In this document: piece after piece, positions 9,504 through 17,990 of the stretch
Position numbering within the stretch: the first letter of the stretch is position 1
Layout of the letters: the number at the start of each line of letters is the position of its first letter
NCBI GenBank assembly: GCA_945861275.1
Contig: CAMATZ010000034.1
Coordinates: 2,651 to 66,650 of the forward strand
Direction of reading: 5' to 3'
DNA length: 64,000 nucleotides
From: Bordetella parapertussis
GTDB taxonomy: Bacteria; Pseudomonadota; Gammaproteobacteria; Burkholderiales; SG8-41
Position numbers and translations under genes: made by a program
Notes under the pieces: model-generated
Databases searched by the model: none
Seen by the model: only the letters and a program-made list of their open reading frames with translations
What the model was told of the DNA's origin: nothing

Positions 9504-10370
9504 ATGTCACTCAAATTACGCAAACTCTCTTACGCCCTCGGTGCGGAGGTCTGCGACATCGACGTATCTGCGCCGATGAGCGAGGCGTCTTTCGGCGAAA
9601 TCTACCAGGCGTTTCTCGACAACGGTATTTTGCTGTTTCGCAATCAGGACATCACGCGCGAGCAACACATCGAGTTCAGCCGCCGCTTCGGCGAATTGGA
9701 CAAACACGATTCGTTACCGCAGGACCGTCATCCGGAATACCCGGAACTGCTGCTGGTAACGAATGAGCCGAACGCCGACGGCACGCCGTCGAATTCGCGC
9801 TACACCGGCCGCCAGTGGCACACGGATATGTCATTCACGCCGATCCCTGCGCTCGGCTCGCTGCTCAGGAGCTGGACGGTACCGGAAGTCGGTGGCGACA
9901 CGTTGTTCGCCAACATGACTCTTGCCTACGACACGCTGTCCGGCGGCATGAAAAAGCTCATCGCCGATCTGCATGGCATTCAACTGGCCGGCACACGCAA
10001 AATCAACTACGCGCCTACCGGCGTCGAACGCGCGCAAGAGCAGCGCAAACTCAATCCACCGATAGCGCAACCGGTGGTGCGCGCGCATCCCGAAACGGGA
10101 AAGAAGGCTTTGTACCTCGGTGAAAAGGTCAAACGCTTCGACGGCATGACCGAAGAAGAAAGTCAGCCGTTAATCAAATATCTCAACACGCACGCCACCA
10201 AGCCCGAATTCGTATACCGGCAACAATGGCAGAACAACGACATCGTGGTGTGGGACAACCGCTGCACCCTGCATCAGGCGCTGGGTGATTTCGATGAAAC
10301 CCAGCGGCGGCACATGGAGCGCACCACGGTGCTGGGCACGCCCTCGGGTTATGCGGTTATAGGGGGATAA
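9504..10370 (+). CDS. TauD/TfdA-family Fe(II)/2-oxoglutarate-dependent dioxygenase (taurine/sulfonate dioxygenase-like)
   Basis: ATG 9504 after GGAGAG. MSLKLRKLSYALGAEVCDIDVS...EQHIEFSRRFGEL... and the WHTDMSF (HxD) iron motif are present. Confidence 0.8.
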   Translation: MSLKLRKLSYALGAEVCDIDVSAPMSEASFGEIYQAFLDNGILLFRNQDITREQHIEFSRRFGELDKHDSLPQDRHPEYPELLLVTNEPNADGTPSNSRYTGRQWHTDMSFTPIPALGSLLRSWTVPEVGGDTLFANMTLAYDTLSGGMKKLIADLHGIQLAGTRKINYAPTGVERAQEQRKLNPPIAQPVVRAHPETGKKALYLGEKVKRFDGMTEEESQPLIKYLNTHATKPEFVYRQQWQNNDIVVWDNRCTLHQALGDFDETQRRHMERTTVLGTPSGYAVIGG

Positions 10371-10403
10371 CCCGCGTATTGCGTCGATTGCCTGGCAGCA
10401 CGC

Positions 10404-10433
10404 GTAGGTTGGGCTGAGCTTGCGAAGCCCAAC
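10404..10433 (+). repeat. REP (repetitive extragenic palindrome) copy
   Basis: GTAGGTTGGGCTGAGCTTGCGAAGCCCAAC. It is internally palindromic (GTTGGGCT../..AGCCCAAC) and has an inverted partner at 10656..10685 that differs at 1 base. Confidence 0.75.
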
Positions 10434-10436
10434 GCT

Positions 10437-10648
10437 TTAGCGTTCACCATACACACCCACGGTGTCATTCCCGCCGCCACCCCAATCCTTGGTAACAATG
10501 CCTCTTTCAATGTAGTCATGTATCGTTGAATATGGCCAGTCAGCAGCACTGCTGGCGCAACCATGCTTCACCGGATTGAGATGGATGTAATCACATGCCT
10601 CGCCAGATCGGCCTCGTCCCGAATCTGGTGCTCCCAATAGCGCCGTTG
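10437..10648 (-). pseudogene. REP-associated tyrosine transposase (RAYT, IS200/IS605-like) remnant: 5'-truncated and frameshifted
   Basis: One minus-strand frame gives QRRYWEHQIRDEADLARH (10648..10595). A second frame gives CDYIHLNPVKHGCASSAADWPYSTIHDYIERG... to the stop at 10437. The frameshift is near 10595. The N-terminal HUH part is absent because the REP copy begins 8 nt upstream. Confidence 0.7.
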
Positions 10649-10655
10649 CAGCTGT

Positions 10656-10685
10656 TGTTGGGCTTCGCAGGCTCAGCCCAACCTA
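10656..10685 (-). repeat. REP copy, inverted relative to 10404..10433
   Basis: The reverse complement is GTAGGTTGGGCTGAGCCTGCGAAGCCCAAC. Confidence 0.75.
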
Positions 10686-10741
10686 CCCGGAATCATAGGC
10701 AAGGCTTGCAACTATCTGCGGCAAGCCCCCGGGGCGTCAGC

Positions 10742-11359
10742 TTACAGCGTCCGCACCTGCACTTTGCGCCACTTGATCGGGCCGCCGGTAGCACCTTTGA
10801 CGCCAGCGCCATACTGCAGTGAGAACGGGCCTTGGGCGAACCTGCCGTCACGCGTGTTTGCGGTCATGATGTCATTGAGCCAGACGGTCAGTTGCGGTCC
10901 GTCGGCGGTGATTTTCATGACGTTCCATTTGCCGCCGACCAGGTTGGTGAGCGGCACCGGTACCGCGGCGACGTCGACAATGGCGCCAGAACCGTATTTC
11001 GGGTCGGGGCGTATGTCCCAGATGTTCACTTCGTAGGAAGTGGCGGAGCCGATCTTGTTGGGATCCATGGCGCGGATGAAGATGCCGCTATTAGTGTCGG
11101 TGGCCGCCCAGAACTCGGCGCGGATTTCGAAATTCTTGTAGGAACTTTTGCTGACCAGATGCCCGCCCTTGCCTTTGTCAGCCACGATGGCCCCACCCTC
11201 CGCGCGCCAGTTGGCGTCGCCGATGCGATTAAAATTTTCCATGCCTTTTTCGCCGTCGAGCAGCGTGACCCACCCGCCGCTGGACGGGGTGACCGCACAA
11301 CCGGCCATGGCAAACGCGATGACCAGCAAGCCCATGACAATTCGCGACAGTACTTTCAT
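10742..11359 (-). CDS. DUF1080 (3-keto-disaccharide hydrolase-like, jelly-roll) domain lipoprotein
   Basis: ATG 11359 after GGGGGAGA. Lipobox FAMAGC is present. ...WVTLLDG..G.ENF..IGDANW...GG.I.......G.L.SK..YKNFE...EF... and a C-terminal ...GPI.WRKV.VR.L are typical of the family. Confidence 0.7.
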   Translation of the reverse strand: MKVLSRIVMGLLVIAFAMAGCAVTPSSGGWVTLLDGEKGMENFNRIGDANWRAEGGAIVADKGKGGHLVSKSSYKNFEIRAEFWAATDTNSGIFIRAMDPNKIGSATSYEVNIWDIRPDPKYGSGAIVDVAAVPVPLTNLVGGKWNVMKITADGPQLTVWLNDIMTANTRDGRFAQGPFSLQYGAGVKGATGGPIKWRKVQVRTL

Positions 11360-11443
11360 TTTGATCTCCCCCAAGTTGGTGACGATTGAAGTATCGTCAG
11401 GCGCACGATTCTGCGCCGAACATGCGGAAAGTTCAAACGCCCA

Positions 11444-13453
11444 TCAAAATCCCCAGTCAACTTTCCGCGCCTCGTTGATCACGCGCGCTGCGTCCTCCGC
11501 CAGCAGAAAACCCTCTTTCACCGATTTGGCGGCGGCGGCCTCGACTTTGGCCACGTAGTTCGCGTGTGTGCCGTAGCGCTCCGCCAGCGACGGGCGCGGA
11601 TCGGCGCCGCGCTCGGTGGCGGTTTTCGCGAACGGGATGGTTGATCCCTGCAGACCGCAAAGCTCGTCTTCCATGAATCCGGCGCGGCGGTGGTTCCAGC
11701 CCATGTAAGTGGCGAGCGGCACTTCGAGTGCCACCGATCGAATGCCGCCAATGTCGTTGCCGTCGGCGTCTACCTTGGGCGCAAGCGCGGGGTATTCGGT
11801 GCCGGGGATGTTGCGCGGTGGCTGCACTGAGAAGTCCTTCATCGACAGCGCGCTGTATTTGCCGTTGTAGACGGTTCCGGGAATGGCCGGGAAGCCGAAC
11901 TTGGCGGCAGGCGCGGGCGGCGCCAGTGTGCCGTCAGACACGCGCGGAAAACGGCTCGGCGGCGGCGTCTTGCCTTCGGTCACCCACGCCTGCATTGCCA
12001 CCAGCAGCGCGCGTATGTTTTCTATGCGCGGATTTACGTTGCTCAAGTTTTTGCAAATGCCGTAGTCGGGTTTGGCCGAGGGATTGTGCTGCGTGCTGGC
12101 GAAGTAGTAGAGGCGCACGTTGTCGGGAATGGGCAAGTCTTTCGTGCCCGACGCATCGGTGATCACTAACGCGTTGCGCGCAAGCCATGCTTCGGTACCG
12201 GAATCCATATGCATGACTTTGGGACAGGCTTGCTGCGCGGTGCAGCGCGCGAGCCAGCCGTCACGCTTTTTGCTGATCGGGTCTTCGAGCGTCGCGTAGG
12301 TATGCGGGAACTGGTCGCCGCCGTAGTGGCCTACCCCGCGGCTGGGCATGCCGAACGGCGCATTGATGCTCATCAGGCGTGAACCGGAGATCAGCGGCAT
12401 CAGTCCTTCAAACACCACGCGCTTGTTTTCGTCGAGGTTGAAGCCCTGATAAACGAGGTCCTTGATGTAACGTCCGCTTTGCGAGCGGCCAAAGCCGATG
12501 GCCTGTCGCACCGGATCAGCAGTGCCGCCGCGCATCATCGGATTGGCCTCCGAGCGCTCGTGGCGCAGGAACGAAACCAGATCACGGGTGGAGGCGAAGC
12601 CGAGGCCCATCACCACTGGATCGCGCGCCACGTATACCAGATCGTAAATGTAGTTCGCCGTGAAACCCGCCGGATAACACACGTCTACATCACTCGCTGT
12701 CGCGTTCTTGCCATCCGTGCATTTGCCGAACGACCACTCGCTTTTCGGGATGGTTTCACGTTGCGCCGAAGCGCCGGCGCGCCGGTAGAGTTGTGCCTCG
12801 GACGCGCGTTCGATCACAGCCGGATACGGACGCGAATTACCGCCATCAAAGCCTATGCTCACGGAGTGGGCGGGCTTGGTGAACACAAATTCGACAGTCA
12901 GAGTCTGCGTGATCGATTTTCCGTCGGGTTCTTTTGCCACGGGAAAGCGCGCCGTGAGCCGATTGCCGCCGGGGAGCGCGTCGCCGGGCCAGCCGCTAGT
13001 CACGATGCTGTAGCCTTGTTTGAACAGAAATCCGTCGCCGGCGTCTTTTGCGGTTGTCGGATTGTTGGTAGCCGGGCCTTCGAGATTGAACACCTGGATC
13101 GCACGCAAGTTGCCGCGATTGACGGTGTCGTAGATCAGCGTGCGATTGCCGCGGCTCATATCGACGGGTTTGAGGATCAGGATGTCGATGTTGTATTCGA
13201 CGCGCCCGGCGGCATTGCGCGGCGCTTTGTCGAGCAGTGCCACGCCGCGGTTGAGTTCGTGAGTGGGATCGAGTTCACCGTACGCCTTACCGGTGATTTT
13301 TTCGTAGGGGCCGCTGTTGCCGAATGCCGCGCCGTCAAAGGTGGGTGATTCAATTTTTTCAATGTCGATGCGAGTGATGCGCGCGAACGCAGGCGTTGCG
13401 AATGTCAGGCTCAGGAGCAGGCAGACAAGGGGGTTAAGGCGGCGAGGTGTCAT
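11444..13453 (-). CDS. Secreted 669-aa protein of unknown function (possibly an alpha/beta-hydrolase-like fold; no catalytic motif verified)
   Basis: A long ORF with ordinary, coding-like amino-acid composition and a clear signal peptide (LLLSLTFATPAFA|RI). I could not assign a family from sequence alone. Confidence 0.7.
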   Translation of the reverse strand: MTPRRLNPLVCLLLSLTFATPAFARITRIDIEKIESPTFDGAAFGNSGPYEKITGKAYGELDPTHELNRGVALLDKAPRNAAGRVEYNIDILILKPVDMSRGNRTLIYDTVNRGNLRAIQVFNLEGPATNNPTTAKDAGDGFLFKQGYSIVTSGWPGDALPGGNRLTARFPVAKEPDGKSITQTLTVEFVFTKPAHSVSIGFDGGNSRPYPAVIERASEAQLYRRAGASAQRETIPKSEWSFGKCTDGKNATASDVDVCYPAGFTANYIYDLVYVARDPVVMGLGFASTRDLVSFLRHERSEANPMMRGGTADPVRQAIGFGRSQSGRYIKDLVYQGFNLDENKRVVFEGLMPLISGSRLMSINAPFGMPSRGVGHYGGDQFPHTYATLEDPISKKRDGWLARCTAQQACPKVMHMDSGTEAWLARNALVITDASGTKDLPIPDNVRLYYFASTQHNPSAKPDYGICKNLSNVNPRIENIRALLVAMQAWVTEGKTPPPSRFPRVSDGTLAPPAPAAKFGFPAIPGTVYNGKYSALSMKDFSVQPPRNIPGTEYPALAPKVDADGNDIGGIRSVALEVPLATYMGWNHRRAGFMEDELCGLQGSTIPFAKTATERGADPRPSLAERYGTHANYVAKVEAAAAKSVKEGFLLAEDAARVINEARKVDWGF

Positions 13454-13537
13454 GGCTGCTCCGGTAATAATTTATGGCGGATATTTATATTATCCCGCAT
13501 TCACGTAAGATCGGGGCTTGCTTGGGAGAGAGCCGAT

Positions 13538-14530
13538 ATGCCCATACCATGGATCAAAAGTGCTCTGTTGAGCCTTGCGCTGTGTCTTAGCGCCGGCGCA
13601 CCCGCGCAGCCCGCTTCGACAAGCTCGGAACTGGCCTTTCCAACCAAGCCCATCCGCTGGATTTCGCCTTTCGCTGCGGGTGGCGGCGCGGATCTCACCA
13701 CGCGGCTGGTGGCGCAACGCATTTCCGAGGTCGTCGGCCAGCCGATAGTGATCGACAATCGCATAGGCGCTTCGGGCAATATCGGCACCGAGATCGCGGC
13801 GCGCGCGCCGGCGGACGGCTACACGCTGATTACTGTTACCGCATCACACCCGCTGAATCAGGCGCTCAACGAGCGCCTGCCCTATGACTTGCTGCGCGAT
13901 TTTGTGCCGGTGACGCAGATGACCACGCAGCCGTACATTCTGCTGGTGCACCCGTCGATTAACGCGCATTCAGTCAAGGAACTGGTTGCGCTCGCACGCG
14001 CCGCGCCGCGCACGCTGCATTACGGCACCGCCGGTGTCGCCACGTTGCAACACTTCGGCGGCATGATGTTGGCGCAAATGACCGCTACGGAATTGATCCA
14101 CGTACCATACAAGGGCGGTGCGCTGGCGCTGGTCGATCTTCTGGGTGGGCGCTTGCAGTTTTTCTTTGGTGTGCCGGTGTCCACCCTGCCGCTAATCAAG
14201 GCCGGCAAGCTGCGCTCGCTCGCGGTAACCTCATTGAAACGGTCAACCCTGCTGCCTGATTTGCCGGCGATGGCGGAAACCGGATTGACAGGTTATGCGG
14301 TGGACAATTGGTATGGCATCGGCGCGCCGGCGAAAACGCCGCGCGAGGTGGTTGCACGGCTAAACGGCGCGGCAGTGCGCGCCTTGCAGATGCCGGAGTT
14401 GCGCGAACGGCTGCGGCAGGACGGCGCCGACGCTGTCGGCAACAGCACGGCGGAGTTTACCGCCATCGTGCGCGGCGATCTGGAGCGCTGGCGCAAGCAG
14501 GTGCGCGCGTCGGGGATCAAGGCAGAGTAG
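13538..14530 (+). CDS. Bug-family (TctC-like) periplasmic solute-binding protein
   Basis: Signal peptide, FPTKPIRWISPFAAGGGADLTTR..., APADGYTL and HVPYKGGALALVDLLGG motifs. Confidence 0.85.
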   Translation: MPIPWIKSALLSLALCLSAGAPAQPASTSSELAFPTKPIRWISPFAAGGGADLTTRLVAQRISEVVGQPIVIDNRIGASGNIGTEIAARAPADGYTLITVTASHPLNQALNERLPYDLLRDFVPVTQMTTQPYILLVHPSINAHSVKELVALARAAPRTLHYGTAGVATLQHFGGMMLAQMTATELIHVPYKGGALALVDLLGGRLQFFFGVPVSTLPLIKAGKLRSLAVTSLKRSTLLPDLPAMAETGLTGYAVDNWYGIGAPAKTPREVVARLNGAAVRALQMPELRERLRQDGADAVGNSTAEFTAIVRGDLERWRKQVRASGIKAE

Positions 14531-15943
14531 CTAGGATAACGTAGGCTGCGCCGCCTCGCGGTTCGTCTTGGCGTCGATGACAGAACTTTGCATAAAATCC
14601 GTCAGCTCACGCACGTTCGACAGTGACTCGAAATTACACAGTTGTTCGTATAGCCGCGGCACCGCCTGCGGCCGCAACGCCCGTGCCGCGCAGTCCCTGA
14701 ACTTTGATTCGAGCCGGTCTGGTGGCGCAAGGTTGGTGGGACCGCGCAGCGGTTGATCCACGCGCGCGGAGTATTGCTGCCCGTCGGTGGTGGTGATATT
14801 CACCACGCCCTGATAGTGATCCCCCATGTCTTTGGGAAGCTGAGCGTGCGGGTGCGCTTCGACCCGTGCGAGCAATGAACGCAATTCGGGCTGCAGCAGC
14901 GCGCTGTCGGCAAAATGATCAAACGTCACCGCGCCGTGCATCAGCGCGCGTGCCACGCAATACTGCACGCTGAATTTGGCATCCAGCGCGGTTTTCGGGT
15001 CGGGCCGGTTGGTATGCGCGAGCGCGGGAGCGTGGGTGATGGTTTCGATTTTTTTCACGCGCTCCGGCGTTAGATGGTGGCGCTCGCGCAGAAGCAGCGT
15101 GGCATCAATGGCGGAATGCGTGCTGGCGCAGCACGGATATTGTTTAAGACCGATGCCCGGAGCGAGTACATCCAGCGGCGCAGCCCAGTGTTCCAGAATT
15201 TTTTCCACGTGGTAATTGCCCGCGCCGTTGAACAGCTCGAAAAATCCGTGTGGGTGCTCGAACGCATCATTGCTGGCGGTGAAACCTTCCTTTGCCATCA
15301 GCGCGGCGTACAGCCCGTTGCGGCTGCAGTGCCCCGCGTGCAGTGGTTTGGTCATGGTGCCGAAATTGGCTTTGATGCCGGACGACAAGGATGCCGCAAT
15401 CGCCAGCGTGGTGGCGGTGTGTGGCACACTGAGATTGAGCAGCCGCGCGCTGGCCGCCGCCGCGCCAAACACGCCGAGGGTGGCCGTCGGATGCCAGCCC
15501 TTGCGGTAGTGGTAGACGTTGACCGCCTTGCCGATGGCTGCTTGTGCTTCAAAGCCGGTAACGTAGGCGAGCAGCAAATCCTTGCCGCTGGCGCCGAGCA
15601 TTTCGCCGAGTGCGATGATCGCCGGCAGGATAGGCACTGAAGGATGGCCGCCGATGGTGTTGTTGACGTCATCGTAGTCGAGCGCATGACCGGCGGTGCC
15701 GTTGATAACCGCCGCATCGAGTGCCGACATGCGGCGGTTGGTGCCCCACAGCAGCGCCGGACCCGTGCCGCCGTAGCTGGCTGCGACTTTTGCGGCGATG
15801 CGCGGCGCATCCTCGTGGGCGCCCGCGAGTGCGCAGGCCAGCGTGTCGATGAAGGCGACTTTTGCCCAATGCACTGCGTCAGCGGGCAAATCCGGATAGT
15901 GCATGGTGGTGATGCGGCGTGCGATGTCGGTGGCGATTGTCAT
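14531..15943 (-). CDS. MmgE/PrpD-family protein (2-methylcitrate dehydratase-like)
   Basis: 470 aa. AKVAFIDTLACALAG..., NGTAGHALDYDD, WHPTATLGVFGAAAA are family hallmarks. Confidence 0.8.
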   Translation of the reverse strand: MTIATDIARRITTMHYPDLPADAVHWAKVAFIDTLACALAGAHEDAPRIAAKVAASYGGTGPALLWGTNRRMSALDAAVINGTAGHALDYDDVNNTIGGHPSVPILPAIIALGEMLGASGKDLLLAYVTGFEAQAAIGKAVNVYHYRKGWHPTATLGVFGAAAASARLLNLSVPHTATTLAIAASLSSGIKANFGTMTKPLHAGHCSRNGLYAALMAKEGFTASNDAFEHPHGFFELFNGAGNYHVEKILEHWAAPLDVLAPGIGLKQYPCCASTHSAIDATLLLRERHHLTPERVKKIETITHAPALAHTNRPDPKTALDAKFSVQYCVARALMHGAVTFDHFADSALLQPELRSLLARVEAHPHAQLPKDMGDHYQGVVNITTTDGQQYSARVDQPLRGPTNLAPPDRLESKFRDCAARALRPQAVPRLYEQLCNFESLSNVRELTDFMQSSVIDAKTNREAAQPTLS

Positions 15944-16227
15944 AAAATATTAAATAAAAACAAATGGTTAAGTATTATCGGCTACGGCGCTACGCGTGCG
16001 CCGGAGGGTTTGGTGATTTTCGCGCAGTTCTGCACTTTGCGCCGCATGAATGTGGCGAATCCGGCGGCTGTAGCCGGCGCTACGTTGCACACGCCGGACC
16101 GCACGTCCGAGGCGCCGACCCCGAGAAGCTGTCCACAGAGTGATACTTTTTCTCCCAAGACATGATTCGCATTATATTTATTAATTCGAAGATTAAATAA
16201 ATGTATTCTGCAACGCAACAAAAATGC

Positions 16228-16256
16228 TTGAACTTGGGTGCTTCGGCGCGCATAAT
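16228..16256 (+). promoter_or_regulatory. Sigma-70-type promoter of the candidate sRNA
   Basis: TTGAAC (16228..16233), a 17-nt spacer, then CATAAT (16251..16256). An AT-rich UP-like tract lies upstream (16165..16225). Confidence 0.5.
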
Positions 16257-16262
16257 TTATTC

Positions 16263-16351
16263 GTGCTCAGCGTCTAGGTTGGGCATACTCCTCCAAAACC
16301 TCCTCCTTCGGCGGAACTTCAGCGCAATCCTACGGGATTGCGCTTTTTTTT
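16263..16351 (+). ncRNA. Candidate ~90-nt small RNA with two CCUCC (anti-Shine-Dalgarno) motifs
   Basis: Bounded by the promoter above and a strong intrinsic terminator (GCGCAATCC-TACG-GGATTGCGC plus T8, 16322..16351). The body contains ACUCCUCCAAAACCUCCUCCUUCGG. There is no credible ORF. Confidence 0.45.
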
Positions 16352-16625
16352 GCGCCGATTCCCAAGTCTCGCCTGGGCATGCCAACAGCGCTATTGTTGC
16401 TTCGCAGCATACACGGCTATTTTATGAACAGGCGATAAATTTCACATAAGCATTATTGGCTCGTTGCCTGACAGGCATGTGGACTCATGCTCTACGCAAC
16501 GTGCAGCAGTGGCGCGCGCACGGCTTGTTATACTCTACAGCGCCCATGCAACACTGTGCAGTGACTGTAGTGTCTTATAGTGTCATCATCGTCCGCGTTG
16601 CCTCGGTTGAATTCCGTAACCAGAC

Positions 16626-16667
16626 TTGACCACAGTCAAGGCTCCTGCGGCAATGCTGTAATAAATT
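16626..16667 (+). promoter_or_regulatory. Crp/Fnr-type box TTGACCACAGTCAA plus -10 TAAATT: class-II-type promoter of sucCD
   Basis: Perfect palindrome half-sites TTGAC/GTCAA at 16626..16639. TAAATT at 16662..16667 begins 29.5 nt from the box centre, the geometry of a -41.5 activator site. Confidence 0.5.
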
Positions 16668-16705
16668 CGCGCCAGCCGTCCGGCGCGCTTTCTTTCGAGT
16701 TCACC

Positions 16706-17881
16706 ATGAAAATTCACGAATATCAGGCGAAGGAAGTCCTCAAGAAATACGGCGTGCGCACGCTGCGCAATGTGCCGTGTTTTTCCGTAGACGAAGCCGT
16801 TGCTGCCGGTAACACGCTGGGCGGCAGCGTATGGGTGGTGAAGGCGCAAATCCACGCCGGCGGACGCGGCAAAGGCGGCGGCGTCAAGCTCGCCAAGTCA
16901 CCCGCTGAATTGAAATCACTCGCGGGCTCGATACTCGGCATGCAGCTGGTGACGCATCAGACCGGCCCCGAAGGCCAAAAAGTGCGCCGCTTGCTGATCG
17001 AAGAAGGCGCGGATATCAAAAAAGAATATTACGTGGCGCTGGTGGTGGACCGCGTTTCGCAGCGCGCGGTGCTGATGGCTTCCAGTGAAGGCGGCATGGA
17101 TATCGAGGAAGTTGCCGCACACACGCCGGAAAAAATTCACAAGGTCGCCATTGATCCGATGTCCGGTTTAAGCGACGCGCAAGCCGAGGACATGGCGCGC
17201 AAGATCGGCATGCCCGCCGGCGCGATTGCGCAAACCCGCGACATGTTCAAGGCGCTGTACAAGGCGTTTGACGAAACCGACGCGTCCCTGCTGGAAATTA
17301 ATCCGTTGATTTTAACCAACGACGGGCAGGTGATCGCGCTCGACGCCAAAATCAATTTTGACGAAAACGCAATGTTTCGCCACCCGGAGATCGTGGCGCT
17401 GCGCGATCTGGATGAAGAAAATCCCGCCGAAATCGAAGCCTCGAAATTCGATCTGAGCTACATACAACTCGACGGCAACATCGGCTGCCTGGTGAATGGC
17501 GCCGGACTGGCGATGGCGACCATGGACATTTGCAAGATCTACGGCGGCACACCAGCGAACTTTCTCGATGTGGGCGGCGGCGCCTCCACCGAAAAGGTCA
17601 CCGAGGCGTTCAAGATCATGTTGAAAAACCCGAACCTGAAAGCGATTCTGGTCAACATTTTCGGTGGCATCATGAAATGCGACGTCATCGCGCAAGGCGT
17701 GGTGGAAGCCGCGCGGCAGGTCAAATTGAAGGTGCCGCTGATCGTGCGGCTCGAAGGCACCAACGTCGAGTTGGGCAAAAAAATACTCGCCGAATCGGGA
17801 CTGCCGATTCTTTCCGGAAATAATATGGCGGATGCGGCGCAAAAAGCCGTGGCAGCGGTCAGGAAGGCGGGGCCGGCATGA
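16706..17881 (+). CDS. sucC: Succinate-CoA ligase (ADP-forming) beta subunit
   Basis: ATG 16706: [17 protein letters not shown]...[18 protein letters not shown]...[11 protein letters not shown]...[10 protein letters not shown]. The ORF-track start at 16580 is an upstream extension. Confidence 0.9.
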   Translation: MKIHEYQAKEVLKKYGVRTLRNVPCFSVDEAVAAGNTLGGSVWVVKAQIHAGGRGKGGGVKLAKSPAELKSLAGSILGMQLVTHQTGPEGQKVRRLLIEEGADIKKEYYVALVVDRVSQRAVLMASSEGGMDIEEVAAHTPEKIHKVAIDPMSGLSDAQAEDMARKIGMPAGAIAQTRDMFKALYKAFDETDASLLEINPLILTNDGQVIALDAKINFDENAMFRHPEIVALRDLDEENPAEIEASKFDLSYIQLDGNIGCLVNGAGLAMATMDICKIYGGTPANFLDVGGGASTEKVTEAFKIMLKNPNLKAILVNIFGGIMKCDVIAQGVVEAARQVKLKVPLIVRLEGTNVELGKKILAESGLPILSGNNMADAAQKAVAAVRKAGPA

Positions 17882-17990
17882 GCCCCCCGGCGAGGGGCCC
17901 CTTTAGGGGATCGACGGTCAGGCGAATTACCGCCGGCCGCCGTCGCCGCGCACTTCGAATTTCAACCGTACTCATGCAGGCGGCCTGAAC

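Noticed and set aside
15944-16227. Possible gene or mobile-element fragment in the AT-rich/GC-rich patchwork upstream of the sRNA candidate
   Set aside because: The ORFs here (15982..16221 on the minus strand and the 3' tail, 15944..16165, of the 15644..16165 plus-strand ORF) have no start-site support or recognisable motifs. Only short GGCGCTACG-type repeats are visible. I could not support any call.
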